Part shown: positions 13,217-25,356 of the stretch, in pieces
How positions within the stretch are numbered: the stretch's first letter is position 1
Layout: every line of letters begins with the position of its first letter
NCBI GenBank assembly: GCA_047495785.1
Contig: JBLDXI010000054.1
Coordinates: forward strand, 2,542,001-2,606,000
Reading direction: 5' to 3'
DNA: 64,000 nucleotides
From: Lepidodermella squamata
Lineage: Eukaryota > Animalia > Gastrotricha
Made by a program: the position numbers and the translations under genes
The notes under the pieces: model-generated
Told to the model about the DNA's origin: nothing
The model's input: only the letters and a program-made list of their open reading frames with translations
Databases searched by the model: none

Positions 13217-16016
13217 ATGTTGAATCGAATCGCGGCACTTGCCATAAACTTCTTAATAGTAAAGAAATCATCCGCTAACGATCAGTTGAAGACGACAGCG
13301 CATCCCGTAAGCTGCGTTGATCATCTACATTATTTAGATTTCAAGTTTAACCATCAGCTAACAAAATTAACCGTTGAAATATGAATTATCATTTTCCTGA
13401 AATTTCTCACCATGAATCTTGTTTTACAGAAAATTTACGTCGACTACGATTCGTGCGTATTCAGGCCTGAACTGTCGCTGGTCAACCACCCTCAAGATCG
13501 GCTGGCCTATTGGGAATATTACCCTTATCCTGAATTAGCCGAAGCTATAAGGCTGGGCAATGTTTCGATACAACATGAGACTGTAATGGCCGAGAGGATT
13601 AATGAAAAAGAACACGGACAGAAGAGAACTAATCTGTGGAACGTTTCGGTTAAAATTACAAGAATAATTACTCATTTTAATTGCTTTATTTCATTCATTT
13701 TTCTAGCCATTCAACGTTTCGAATTTCTACGTAGAAATTGAGGTCACCCACCTTGCCTACGTTGATAATAACTCAGATCTTTTCGCGTTTTTGGTCGGGA
13801 ATTCAGAATCGATACAACGTCGTAATAATACTCAAAATGAATCCAGCAATGATGGAGGTGTCGATGGACTTAAGTTTGTCGGCCTTATAGCACCATTTTC
13901 GCTATGGCGAAAAATAGCTTCCGTTACCTTGATTGTGGAAACCGGTCAAACAGAAGACGATGTTACGAGAAGCTTCTCTCCTATTATTGAACCCAATAAC
14001 AAATGGCCGAATTTCGAAAAAATTAAGCAGACAACGCGAATCAGGTTCGAAGTAATTGAAGGTGCCACGATAACGGTGAGCTTTGAAATTTGAAAAAACT
14101 ATATTGTGCAAACAAAATTTGACCTTTTTTCCATGTTTTTCCCAAGGTGAAAATGAGATTTTGCCCAACAAAATTCTGATGTTGGGAAATTCGATTATTG
14201 ATTACGATGAATTGACCTGATATCGGCTGTTCAAAGATATAGTTGTTTACATATTTCAGATTTCTCTCTGCGCTAAAAGCCAACCGTGCGATGTCGAAGG
14301 AACACGGACGTTCAATTCGTCTATTACTAGTCTCTTCAATGCCTACAAAATGTTTACGGGCTTCGCGTCTCGCAGCGGCGGGAACAGCGATTTCTTGGCA
14401 TTAAAAAGTCTCCACTTCTACGACTGCAGCCCGTCGATAAGAACGAGAGAAACTACGCAAAAACCTGTTGTAAGATGTAGATCATTTATCGATACATTTT
14501 TTTAATTTTTTTTTTAATTTTCACAGGATGACGTTCTAACTAATAAATCACAAACGACTGCAAGAATAACCACAGAAACTACTTCAAAACCTTCCGTAAT
14601 AATAGGGATATCAATTATCGACGAATATTTTAAAATTTACCCAAATTTTCCTATAGGAATTCACTACGTCGTCGACAACGGCGCATCCCGTGAGCCACTG
14701 CGTTGATAAATATATTTTAATTCAAGTTTAACCATCCGCCAAGAAAACAACCGTTAAAATCGGAACCTTATGTTTCCTGGCGTTCCTTGTCATTATTTTT
14801 ATTTACAGAAAGTATACACCGACTACGATTCGTGCGTATTCAGGCCTGAGCTGTCGCTGGTCAAACACCCTCAAGATCGCCTGGCCTATTGGGACTATTA
14901 CCCCTATCCTAAATTAGCAGAAGCTATCAGACTGGGCAATGGTTCGATCCAACATGAGACTGTAATGGCCGATGGCTTTGACGAAGACGGGCGGAAGGAG
15001 ACTGGACTGTGGAACGTTTCGGTTACAATTAGACAAATAATTTCAAAGTAATTCATTGATTATTTTTCTAGCCATTCAACTTGTCAAAATTCTACGTTGA
15101 CATCGAAGTTGCCAACCTTGCCTACGGTGACAAAGTCTTAGCTAGTTTTGCGTTCATCGTCGGCAATTCAGAATCGATACACCCTCGTAATTTCAATCAG
15201 CTTGAATCCTACCAAGGCGGAGTTGTCGACTTCACAAGGTTTGTCGGCCTCTACGCAGCAATTCGGCCCAGGCAGCAGGACGCTGTCGTTGCCTTAGTGA
15301 TCGAACCACGCGATCAATTTAAGCCTGACACCTTTAAAGCATCGGATGATGCTGCGAGGAGCATGCATCGCATCATTGATCTAAAAAACAGCTGGCCAAC
15401 TTTTGGCCAAAATAAGCAGACCACAAAAGTTAGGTTCGAAGTGATTAACGGTGCTACGATAACGGTATGCTTAACACATATATTTGAAAATGACTAAAAA
15501 TCAGTAAAAAATCAATTTAGCTTTTAAAGCAATTCGTGATTTTTCCGGGGATTTTTGAGAATTTAGATAAATTTATTAGTTTTGGCAATTTTAAAGCGTG
15601 TCTTTGTTAAATTTTTCAGATTTCTTTCTGTGCTAAAAAGCAACCGTGCGATGCAGAAGGGACATGGACGTTCGATTCGTCGATTACTAGTTTCTTTAAC
15701 CCTGTCTACAAAATGTTTATGGGCATTCGATCTTACACCGGCGGGAACAGCGATTTCTTAGCATTGAAAAGCCTCCACTTCTACGACTGCAGCCCGAAAA
15801 ATCCGCCGGCCCCGAGAACGAGAGTAACAACTCCAAAACCTCACGTGAGATTAGGAATGATTTATCGATATATTCTTTTGAAATTTTTTGAAATTCTCAC
15901 AGAAATTCTTTCGCACAACAAAACCTTGGTTTAAATCAAATGGAATGGCCTTAGCATCCTTCTACTCAAAACTCTCGATCGTGTTAGCTTCGTTCAACGT
16001 TTTATTCAACAGTTAA
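13217..16016 (+). CDS. Lectin-like gene A: signal peptide + 2 divergent L-type-lectin-like domains + Thr-rich linker + GPI-signal-like tail
   Basis: Exon 1 13217-13306 (MLNRIAALAINFLIVKKSSA..). Each domain is built from three phase-0 exons (e.g. 13430-13648, 13707-14075, 14260-14469). Last exon 15903-16016 ends SNGMALASFYSKLSIVLASFNVLFNS*. Motif similarity to VIP36/ERGIC-53 (ELSLVKHP..YWDY, GLWNVSPF, FAF, MFMG..SYTGGNSDFL.LKSLHFYD). Gene structure is firm, lectin call moderate. Confidence 0.7.
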
Positions 16017-16193
16017 ATGGCCAACGAGACAAAACTCAGAAAATTTAACCAGGCTGTTAAAGATAGTCAAATAAAATTTGAAAAAAAAATCAAAAATTGT
16101 TATTGCGAAAGTGACCAATTTTTTCTGTAAAAAATCCAGCTTAAAAAATGCGGATGCAAAAGTAGTTTAGGTGATGAAAAAATAGACGGCGAA

Positions 16194-19100
16194 ATGCGCA
16201 AACCGATCATTCTTGCGTTTATCATCAACTTTTTGATAGTAAAGAAATCATCCGCTAACGATCAGGTGACGTCGGCAGAGCATCCCGTAAGCTGCGTTGA
16301 TATCATGTATCTTTTGATTTTAAATTAAACCACCTGCCATCTAAACTAACCGTTGAAATTTTGATTATCATCATTTTTTTGAAATTTCTCTTCTTTTTTG
16401 TTAATTCAGATAGTTTACGCTAACTACGATTCTTGCGTATTCAGGCCTGAGCTGTCGCTGGTCAACCACCCTCAAGATCGGCTGACCTATTGGGAATATT
16501 ACCCTTATCCTAAATTAGCAGAAGCTATAAGACTCGGCAATGTTTCGATACAACATGAGACTGTAATGGCCGAGAGATTCGATGAAGACGGCGACAACGG
16601 GCAGAAGAACAGTGGACTATGGAACGTTTTGGTTAATAAATTGGACCAATAATTACTTATCTATTCACCAATTTCTTTTGTTTAGCAATACAACGTGTCA
16701 AATTTCTACGTTGATATCAAATTTACTCATCTCGCCTACGTTGCTGATACCTCGTCAAGTTTTGCGTTTATTGTCGGCAATTCAGAATCGATACAACGCC
16801 GTAATAGCACTCAACCCGAATCCTACCATATTGTCGACCTCGCAAAGTTTGTCGGCATTTTTGCAGAAATTCTGCCGTCGCAGAAGAACGCTTTTGTTAC
16901 CTTGACTGTGGAAGCAGTTAAATCAAGTGATGATGCGCTCAAGAGCTCATTTCATCTTAACCTCAATAACAATGGGCTGGAATTCGGAAAAAATAAGCAG
17001 ACTTCGCGAGTCAGGGTCGAAGTGATTGAAGGCGCCACAATAACGGTAAGCCTATCAAACCGGTGAAAAAATAACCCATAATTCCAAAAATATTGTTATA
17101 TTTTACCGTTAACAAGTGAAAATTAATAATTCGTCGCGAAAGAAATTCCGATAAATGCTCAGACACAATTTTTGGGGGGAATCTGAGGTGAGGTATCTAG
17201 GTAGATTGCATGGAATCAACCTAAATCGATGAGCCTTTTCACTTGTTAAACGGTCATTTCTATTAATGACTTCGTTAAAATAATAAGCCTTAATTTGGCT
17301 TAATTTGGTATTAAGTTTTTACAATTTTTTCAGATTTCTTTCTGCGCTAAAAAGCAACCGTGCGATGCCGAAGGAACACGGACGTTTAATTCGTCTATTG
17401 CTAGTCTCTTCAATCCTGACCAGAAAATGTTTATGGGCCTTGCGTCTATCAACCGCGAGAGTACTGATTACTTGTCGTTAAAAAGTCTCCGCTTCTACGA
17501 CTGTAAGCCGCAACCTTCCGTAAGATGAGTATAGCAATTATCGGCGAAATTTATTGAAATTTACCCAAATTTTTCTATAGGATTCCTCCCGCTCTACGAC
17601 AACAGCGCTTCCCGTAAGTTCCGTTGATAAATATATTCCATATATTTTAGACAGGCGTCGCGCAAATTAATTTGAATACCGCGCAAATAAAATCAAAAAG
17701 TGTCCCGCAAAATATTAAGGTGCGCGCAAATTAAAAAAAATGGTGACACGTGACGCGCGACACTTAAAATTTAGGCTGCGCGACATTTCGAATTAATTTG
17801 CGCGAAGTTTTGGGGTTCTCTCATTTCAAGTTTCAAGTTATGGTTTTTCACAGAAAGTAAACGTCGACTACGATTCTTGCGTATTCAGGACTGAGCTGTC
17901 GCTTGTCGACCACCCTCAAGATCGGCAGGCCTATTGGAAATATTACCCCTATCGTAAATTAGTCGAAGGTATAAAGCTTGGCGATGTTTCGATACAACAT
18001 GAGACTGTAATGACCGAGAAGTTGGGCGAAGACGGCGGCGAGTTGGAGGAGACTGCACTGTGGAACGTCTCGGTAAAATTAGGCAAATACATAATTAGTA
18101 ATTAATTCCCCTGATTTTTTTAATTATTTTCCAGCCATTCAACCTGTTGAGCTTTTACCTTGAGGTTGAAGTTAGCCACCAGGCCTACGGTGATAAAATC
18201 ATGGCTGGTTTCGCGTTTGTCATCGGCAATTCAGAATCGATAATGGTTAATTCGTTTGGAAATTCGGATCAAAAATACCCCCAAAGAGCTGTCGATTTGA
18301 CGAAATTTGCCGGCATCTTTGCAGTAATCTGGTTAGGGCAGAGGAAAGCTTTCGTTACCTTGATAAACGAACCACCCAAAGAAATTAAAGATGCTGCTAG
18401 AGGCATGCGTCGCATTGATCTCGATAACAACAGTTATTGGTCAAATTTCGGGAAAAATAAGCAGACCTTGCTGGTGCGGTTCGAAGTAATTGAAGGCGCC
18501 AGGATAACGGTATGATTTAAAAATAATTCGTCTGGGTCAATAGAACTAGAAATATTGTTGACCAGCTCGTTATTTTTTCTAATTTTCTTTTTTTCCGAAG
18601 GTTGAATTTTCTGGCTAGAAATATTTTCAAATTTAAGCCCAAGTTATGCGATGTTTTTATTATTATCTTTATATCGAAAATATTTGATCCTATAAAAAAA
18701 ATGGGTCACATTTGTCATTTGTCTATAATTAAATTTTTTAAATATAAATTTAGATTACCTAAATAATAATTTAATTTTTATTTTAATTTTTTAATTTTTA
18801 TAAATTGAAAAAGTATGAATTTTTCAAAAATTTCAGATTTCTCTCTGTGCTAAAAATCAACCTTGCGATGTCGAAGGGACTCTGACATTCAATTCGTCGC
18901 TGGCTAGTCTCTATAACCCTGACCGCAAAATGTTTATGGGCCTGTTATCTCTCGGTAGTAACAGCGATTTTTTGTCGTTAAATAGTCTCCACTTCTACGA
19001 CTGCAGCCCGCCTCCAAAACCGTTGGTAAGATAAATGTGAATTTGAAGTTTACTCGAATTATCCTATAGGATTTCTCTCGCAGCGATGGTAAATAATTAA

Positions 19101-21032
19101 TTGTTAAAATTTCATGAATCTTTCTAAACAGTACGTTGACTACGATTCGTGCGAATTCAGGCCTGAATTGTCGCTTGTCAAACACCCTCAAGATCGGCTG
19201 ACCTATTGGGACTATTACCCCTATCCTGAATTAGCCGAAGCTATAAGACTCGGCAATGGTTCGATACAACATGAGACTGTAATGGCCGATGGCTTTGACG
19301 AAGACGGGCGAAAGGAGACTGGACTGTGGAACGTTTCGGTGAAATTAGACAAATAATTACTAATCAATTGATGATTTTTTTCTAGCCATTCACCCTCTCA
19401 GATTTCTACGTCGACATCGAAATTACGCACCTTGATAATACTTTCGCTGGTTTCGCGTTTCTCGTCGGCAATTCAGAATCGATTCAACGCCGTGAATCGC
19501 TTGAAAAAGACAGCAATGAATCCGAACATCATAGAGCCGTCGACTTTACGAGGTTTGTCGGCCTCTTCGCAGAATTTCGGGTATGGACAAGAGAAGCTAT
19601 GGTTAACTTGGTCATGGAACCAAACGATAAATTCAAGCCTGACATCTATGAAACACTAAATGATGCTGCGAAGAGCAATAATCTCGATAACAGCTTGCCG
19701 AAAACTAAACACACCACGCGATTCAGGGTCGAAGTGATTAAAGGAGCCACGGTAACGGTAAGTTCAACTTGGAAGTGAACAAATTAGGTACTAAAACTAA
19801 GTTTATGTCGGCAAATTTCTGAAATTCAACCCAAAATTGGGCAACAATTTCTGTCAATTTTGAATAATTTTCCTGGTATGGACGAGGGTCAGTTATAGGC
19901 TAATGACGGTTTTAAAGCAAAAGTGATGAGCCTAATATTGTTAGAAAGTTGGGGATAGAAGCCGGCTGGGGGTCAAAAAGAGAAAAGCCGATTTGCGATT
20001 TGTGTTGTTTTATTGAAAGTTTTGTTTTTCCGAGTAATTTGACCTTTTTGACCTTAAATTTTGACCCATTAAAGCCTAGAATGTTTTCGGAAGGTATTTA
20101 TATTTTTCTTTCCCTATATTGACTTGTGCTTTTCCGATGGAGAAAAATTCGGGGATTAAGAATCTGAAAACCGCATATTTTTATCGTCTACCCTTATTGA
20201 GATATTCCAGTGTCAAGTTATCACGTGACCTTACCTTTTGTCACACCTGGACGATTATTTCAAGAACGGCGATAGCTAGGAAGCCGCTCTCAAAGAAAAA
20301 GTTCATCAGCGTGATGAGATCTATCTAAAAATGCATTCAGTTGGGTTATAGGTGATACTCCGTGCAGAATCGATTTTGAGGACACTTTAGTGCAGTTTGG
20401 TGACAGTCCCAAACAACGGCTCCTAGCTCATCACCAGCGCGGAGATATGCCTTTTAGACACCCTGGGGTTGTAGTCACCCTACAGGAATTTTTTATATAG
20501 GGTAGCTGGAAAAGATGCCGCTGGGCTCTAACGGGTATTTTTTATTTTGGAATTTAGATTCAAATTAGCTTCATATCCCGGTCTACCTTATATAGCATGC
20601 TGAATTTTTTCGCCCCTGAATTTGACGAGTTATGAGTCATGTGACCGATTTTAATTTTTAAACCCTTTTACACCTGGGGCTGATTTTACCTACTAACCGG
20701 CCCTCGTTCTTTTTCAGGTTTCGTTCTGCGCTATAAAGCAACCCTGCGAAGCCGAAGGGACACTGACGTTCGAATATTCTATTGCTAGTCTCTTCAACCC
20801 TGACCAGAAAATGTTTATGGGCCTGTTGTCTCTCAGTGGAAGGAACGGCGATTTCTTGGCATTGAATAGTCTCCGCTTCTACGAATGCCCCGTAAGATAT
20901 GAATCATTCATCGATGAATTTTTTTGAATTTTTTTGAAATTTCCACAGAATGGCGGAATGCCCTCGACACGCGATTTCTACTCAAAACTCGCGATCGTGT
21001 TAGCATCGATTAAAGTTTTATTCAACAGTTAA
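16194..21032 (+). CDS. Lectin-like gene B: signal peptide + 3 divergent L-type-lectin-like domains + GPI-signal-like tail; paralog of gene A
   Basis: Exon 1 16194-16286 (MRKPIILAFIINFLIVKKSSANDQVTSAEHP). Three repeats of the same 3-exon module at ~16410-17519, ~17854-19025 and 19132-20891. Last exon 20949-21032 NGGMPSTRDFYSKLAIVLASIKVLFNS*. Confidence 0.7.
17658..17805. repeat. ~150-bp foldback (MITE-like) element in an intron of lectin-like gene B
   Basis: Ends TCGCGCAAATTAATTTGAA ... TTCGAATTAATTTGCGCGA are near-perfect inverted repeats; internal repeats of CGCGCAAAT. Confidence 0.6.
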
Positions 21033-21129
21033 ATGGCCAACGAAACATATCACACTAAATTAGCAATTAAAAACAGGCCGTGATTTGAGATATTTTGAAA
21101 TTATTAGACAACATCGAAACTTATATGAT

Positions 21130-23344
21130 TCACTGATAACCCAAGTAAAAATCGCATGGCGACGCCGGTTTTAACATTTTGAACTGAAAGTGAAAATCTT
21201 GACAAAGCGGGCTTGAAAATTTCAAGAACAATTCACAACGTAGCGGATCAGTCAAAATTTCACAGTGCAACACGCGCGTCGACGAGCGGAAAAAATGCAC
21301 CAAATTCATAAGGTTCGCCAGGCGTTCCGAATCCACCATGGAACCACCAGCCGGGTCGTTCTCCATCAAATAGTGGTACAAGGCAGTTTCATAGCGCGAT
21401 TCAAACGCTTTGACAAGTTCAGGGTTCGTCAAGTCGGGAACACTCGAGTTGAATGTTAACAGTCCGCATAGTAACGCGAATTCTCTCAAGTTAAACACCG
21501 TCGTCATCAGTCGATTTCCGGCATCTTTGAAGTACCGATCGGCCACGTGCTGCCAAGAATTATGGCAGCCGGCCAGTGCCCACTCTTCACTACTACGGTC
21601 GATGCTGAAGTGATTAGGCACCTGTTTCTCAACGTCGTAATCAAGCGATAATTGCGCGATTAGTACAGGGAAAAATGAATTTGTAAACAAGGTCACGCGA
21701 TCTGTGACAGGTAATTGATCAACGCCAGGCAGGTGCGTCATATATTCGCTGACTGACTTGATGTAAACGTCAAACGATTCGGCGCGTTTCTTAAAGAAAT
21801 CTATCTCCGTCATGCCCTGCTCCATTTTTATCTTAATTTGAGAAATGGGCGCGAGACGGGCCGAGGCCTCAGCAGCGCGGTCAATTATCCACCGTGAGGT
21901 TTCTAGGTCATCCGTCGCGAGGGCAAAGTTCATGGTCTCGGCCGGGTATAACGCCCAATCGAGCGTGCTGGCCTCGCCTGTTGGCTGGACCATAGGAGGC
22001 AGCGATTCGTAAACCATTAAAGCAGTCGGATCTTCGACGATTTCGTTCCAAATATCGGCACCTAAAAAAATTAATTAAAATTAAAATAAAAAAATCCTCC
22101 TTAAAAATATAATTTTACCAATTAAATCTTCTTCAGGCAAAGCCGCGTTAGACGAATTGCCGCTGCTTGAAGCACTCAGCTCGTTCTGATCGAAATCTTC
22201 GAGCGAAATTAGAGCCATGTGATCGATATTCGAATCGGTAAAACAGCCCTCGCTCGCTGAATTCGGGCAGGTCAATTGAATTTCGGCGAACTCATCGCCA
22301 AGCGATGAATTGCCGCTGCTAGACGCATGGGTCTGCGGATTCATATTAGCCGGATAAGAATTCGAAGACTGGTTTTCCGAAAAGCTGTTCGAATCTATCG
22401 CAGCTCGGCTGCGTTTGTTACCACGGCGTAAAATCGGCTCGGATATCACGGCTTTCTCCTCGGCGAGTTTTTCGATGGTTTCATCCAACTCTTTGCGCTG
22501 TTTTCGATTCAACCGCCCGATTGGTGATTCGTTTTCAGACATGCCAGCGGCGATGCAGCGTTTCAAGCGGCATTGACGGCAGTTCGATGACTGTGGGCAG
22601 AGAACGGACGGTTCCGAGCCGGGTGGTGCCTCTTTAGAAAATTGTTTGCATCGGTACTCGAGGCGGAAAGCTCCTCGAATAGACCGCCGAAAAAAGCCCT
22701 TACATCCCTCGCATGAAACCACGCCGAAATGAATTCCGGAACCTAAATAAATTTAACAATTTTTTATCAATTTTTAAATGAATAAAATTGCCTACTTGAA
22801 CAGCCGCAAATTTTGCACGGAATTTTAGAATAATCAAGGCGTGGCGGATTTGCGGGATTTTGAGGTTGTAAGGCGTCGGTTTTTTCAGCTGACTGAGGCT
22901 TCACCGGCGTGACAATTCTCGGCAATGGCGTGACTTTCGACACGGTACGGCTCGTGCTTGTTTGAGACGATGTTGAACCGGCTAAAACCGGCCTGTTATT
23001 AGCCGCCATTCGCTTTTCAACCGTATTGTCCTTCAACGCTTCCTGGCACCGTTCGTACCTACATTTTCGACACTCAGTCTTGTCGAGGCCGAGTTGAGAA
23101 GCCCCGGCACATGTGCATGTCAACTCCTCACCGGCTTTAGTAGCACGGCAGTAGAATTTCTAAAAATTGAAGATTTTTCTAGGTTGAAATGATTTGAAAA
23201 TGTTGACATTTTTACCCTGCAAGCCTCGCAAATCGGCGCGATGGTGGCTAGTTTGCCGGGCTTGGATGACGGTGGAGCTTTAACAGGCCGGTCGCAAACC
23301 TTGCACGGCCTCGAATCATTCGAAACCAATAAAATCTGAGACAT
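21130..23344 (-). CDS. Two-DBD nuclear receptor NR3 (close paralog of NR2, 4 exons)
   Basis: CKVC..CEACR|KFYCR..CTC..CRKCRYERC; DBD2 VSCEGCKGFFRRSIRGAFRL; LBD YMTHLPGVDQLPVTDRVTLF, SPLCQDF; same intron positions as NR2. Confidence 0.9.
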
Positions 23345-24289
23345 AATAACCTAAACGGAACATAATTGGAAATTACCAGAAAGCCCTATGCCAATTTAAA
23401 GCAAGAGGCACTACGCAGTAGAAATGAAACGCGATAAAACTGTTTTACAAACATGCCTGTACTGCTGCGTGTATAAAAAAGCGAGGATCAATACTATGCT
23501 GGTAATATAACACGACGAAGGCATGAATAATAATATAATAATAATAGGCATGCGGTTAGCCAAAATAGCGTGTTTTCATAGTAATAATAATAATACATAG
23601 CAGCTGTTTTTGACCCACTCCGAGATATCAGACACGCGAATGTTAATGCTTGTCATTATGACCGTGCGTTTTTGAATAGCATAAGACTTTACAAGTAATT
23701 ACGCAACAGAAAAGTACAACAATCAAACCAGCAACAGGAAGCTAATGCACAGTTGTTGATTCTTGAAGAAAAGCTTTCCGATTTTTCTTATCGATTTTGA
23801 TTGTATTGGCCGCTGTTGAATCCGCCGTAGAATAGGGGAATTTCGAGGATAACCGTCAAAGAAAAACAGAAGAGAAATACCTACTATGAACTGATCAAAG
23901 AAATGAAAATTCAGGTTATTCCAGTAGAATTTTCTAACTTGAATTCTAACTCGGTTAATTATCAGGTTAATCTGATCTCTATGCTTGAATCATCTCTTGT
24001 CTGAAATCGATCGGCTCCCATATATTATTCATTATTGGCCGGGAATCCTGCTCGAAATAATGCCAGAATAATCGGTAGCACCAAATTGTACAGCTAACGA
24101 AGAGAATGGAAATTGAGAAATTAAACTGAACGCAGAGGACCACAGTATAGTAGGCGTGTGCAATAAAATGCAAAATCGTGTGCGGCCTGACGATCACGCG
24201 GTTTTTTTTAAATCAGAAAATCGATACGAGGCCACTTACTGGCACAGGTGCGAATCGACTGGCCTAAATAATGAGCAGCTAGTGCAAGA

Positions 24290-24634
24290 GTGAAATGCCA
24301 ACTCGTCCGTGACAAGTCATCCGAAATTAAATAAATGTTTAAATGATTATTTTTAGTGACAGCTCAGCCGACTTGTGACTAAAAATAAGTTATTTTTTTT
24401 CAAATAATTTCAATCATCTGACAACTCGTCCGTCCTCCGCGTCATCGTCAACTCATCCGCTATATAAATTTTTCTGATAAATTTAGGAGGATTAATTTCG
24501 AATTGACGAGTTGTTAGATAATTTAAAAAAATCAATTATTCGATTTTAATGACAACTCATCCGCGACAGCTCGGCAGAGTTGTCACCGCGAAGTTTTCAC
24601 TAAATTGGTTTCGGATGAGTTGACGACCCACGGG
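24290..24634. repeat. Cluster of short GACAACTC(G/A)TCCG-type motifs in both orientations; probable non-autonomous transposon relic
   Basis: Multiple copies of caactcgtccg/caactcatccg/cagctcggc, with inverted copies (cggatgagttgac); bracketed by a GTGCAAGA direct repeat. Confidence 0.45.
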
Positions 24635-25214
24635 TGCAAGAACTGCGTGGCAGCCTCATCATGGCGCCCCGGAATGGGCATACAATGTCATTTTTCAACC
24701 TGAGCCGCTATCACAGAACGCTTTTTAAAGTAAAAACGTGACAAATTTATTTTCTCTCAAAACTTTTCGAAAACTCGAGTCAAAAACGACGATTAGCCTC
24801 GCAGCAGGTAAAACAAACAACTAAAATTGAGTCACGAGAGATTAGTTGCCGCAAGTAATAATCATGGCATAAATATTCAGATTTTTATGATCTATCACGT
24901 CGCATTCGATCAGAGGCCTTTAAGTCTCTCCGCTTGTTATCTTTCTCTCCTCAAATATTCACTAGACACATAAAACATACGTAAATTTGCCACATTTTAA
25001 TCATTAAAAAATTATCAGTGAAAGTCATGTTGTAGGTAGATAGATTAAGTTTCCTCTAAATACTTTTTGGCGATTAATTGCAGGTGCGGTTATAGCAGCG
25101 ATATATAATTAGAGCCGTCTCGAGACACTGCCAGCCGGAATTGAATGGTCGAATTCGCGAAAAAATCGAAATCTATCAATTTCCCGGACCTCGACCCATT
25201 CCTGCTGTATGATG

Positions 25215-25323
25215 TCACTTGACGATATAATACAAATTCGAGTAAGTGCCGCCAACACTCGGACCCGGCGTTGCACTTGGCTGCGGTTGTTGCAATTGTT
25301 GAGATTGTTGCTGCTGCTGTTGT

Positions 25324-25356
<33 letters not shown>

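Noticed and set aside
13400-21000. Repeated blocks considered as CRISPR, satellite or five separate genes
   Set aside because: The repeats are spliced coding exons, and only two signal-peptide exons and two terminal exons exist, so two genes.
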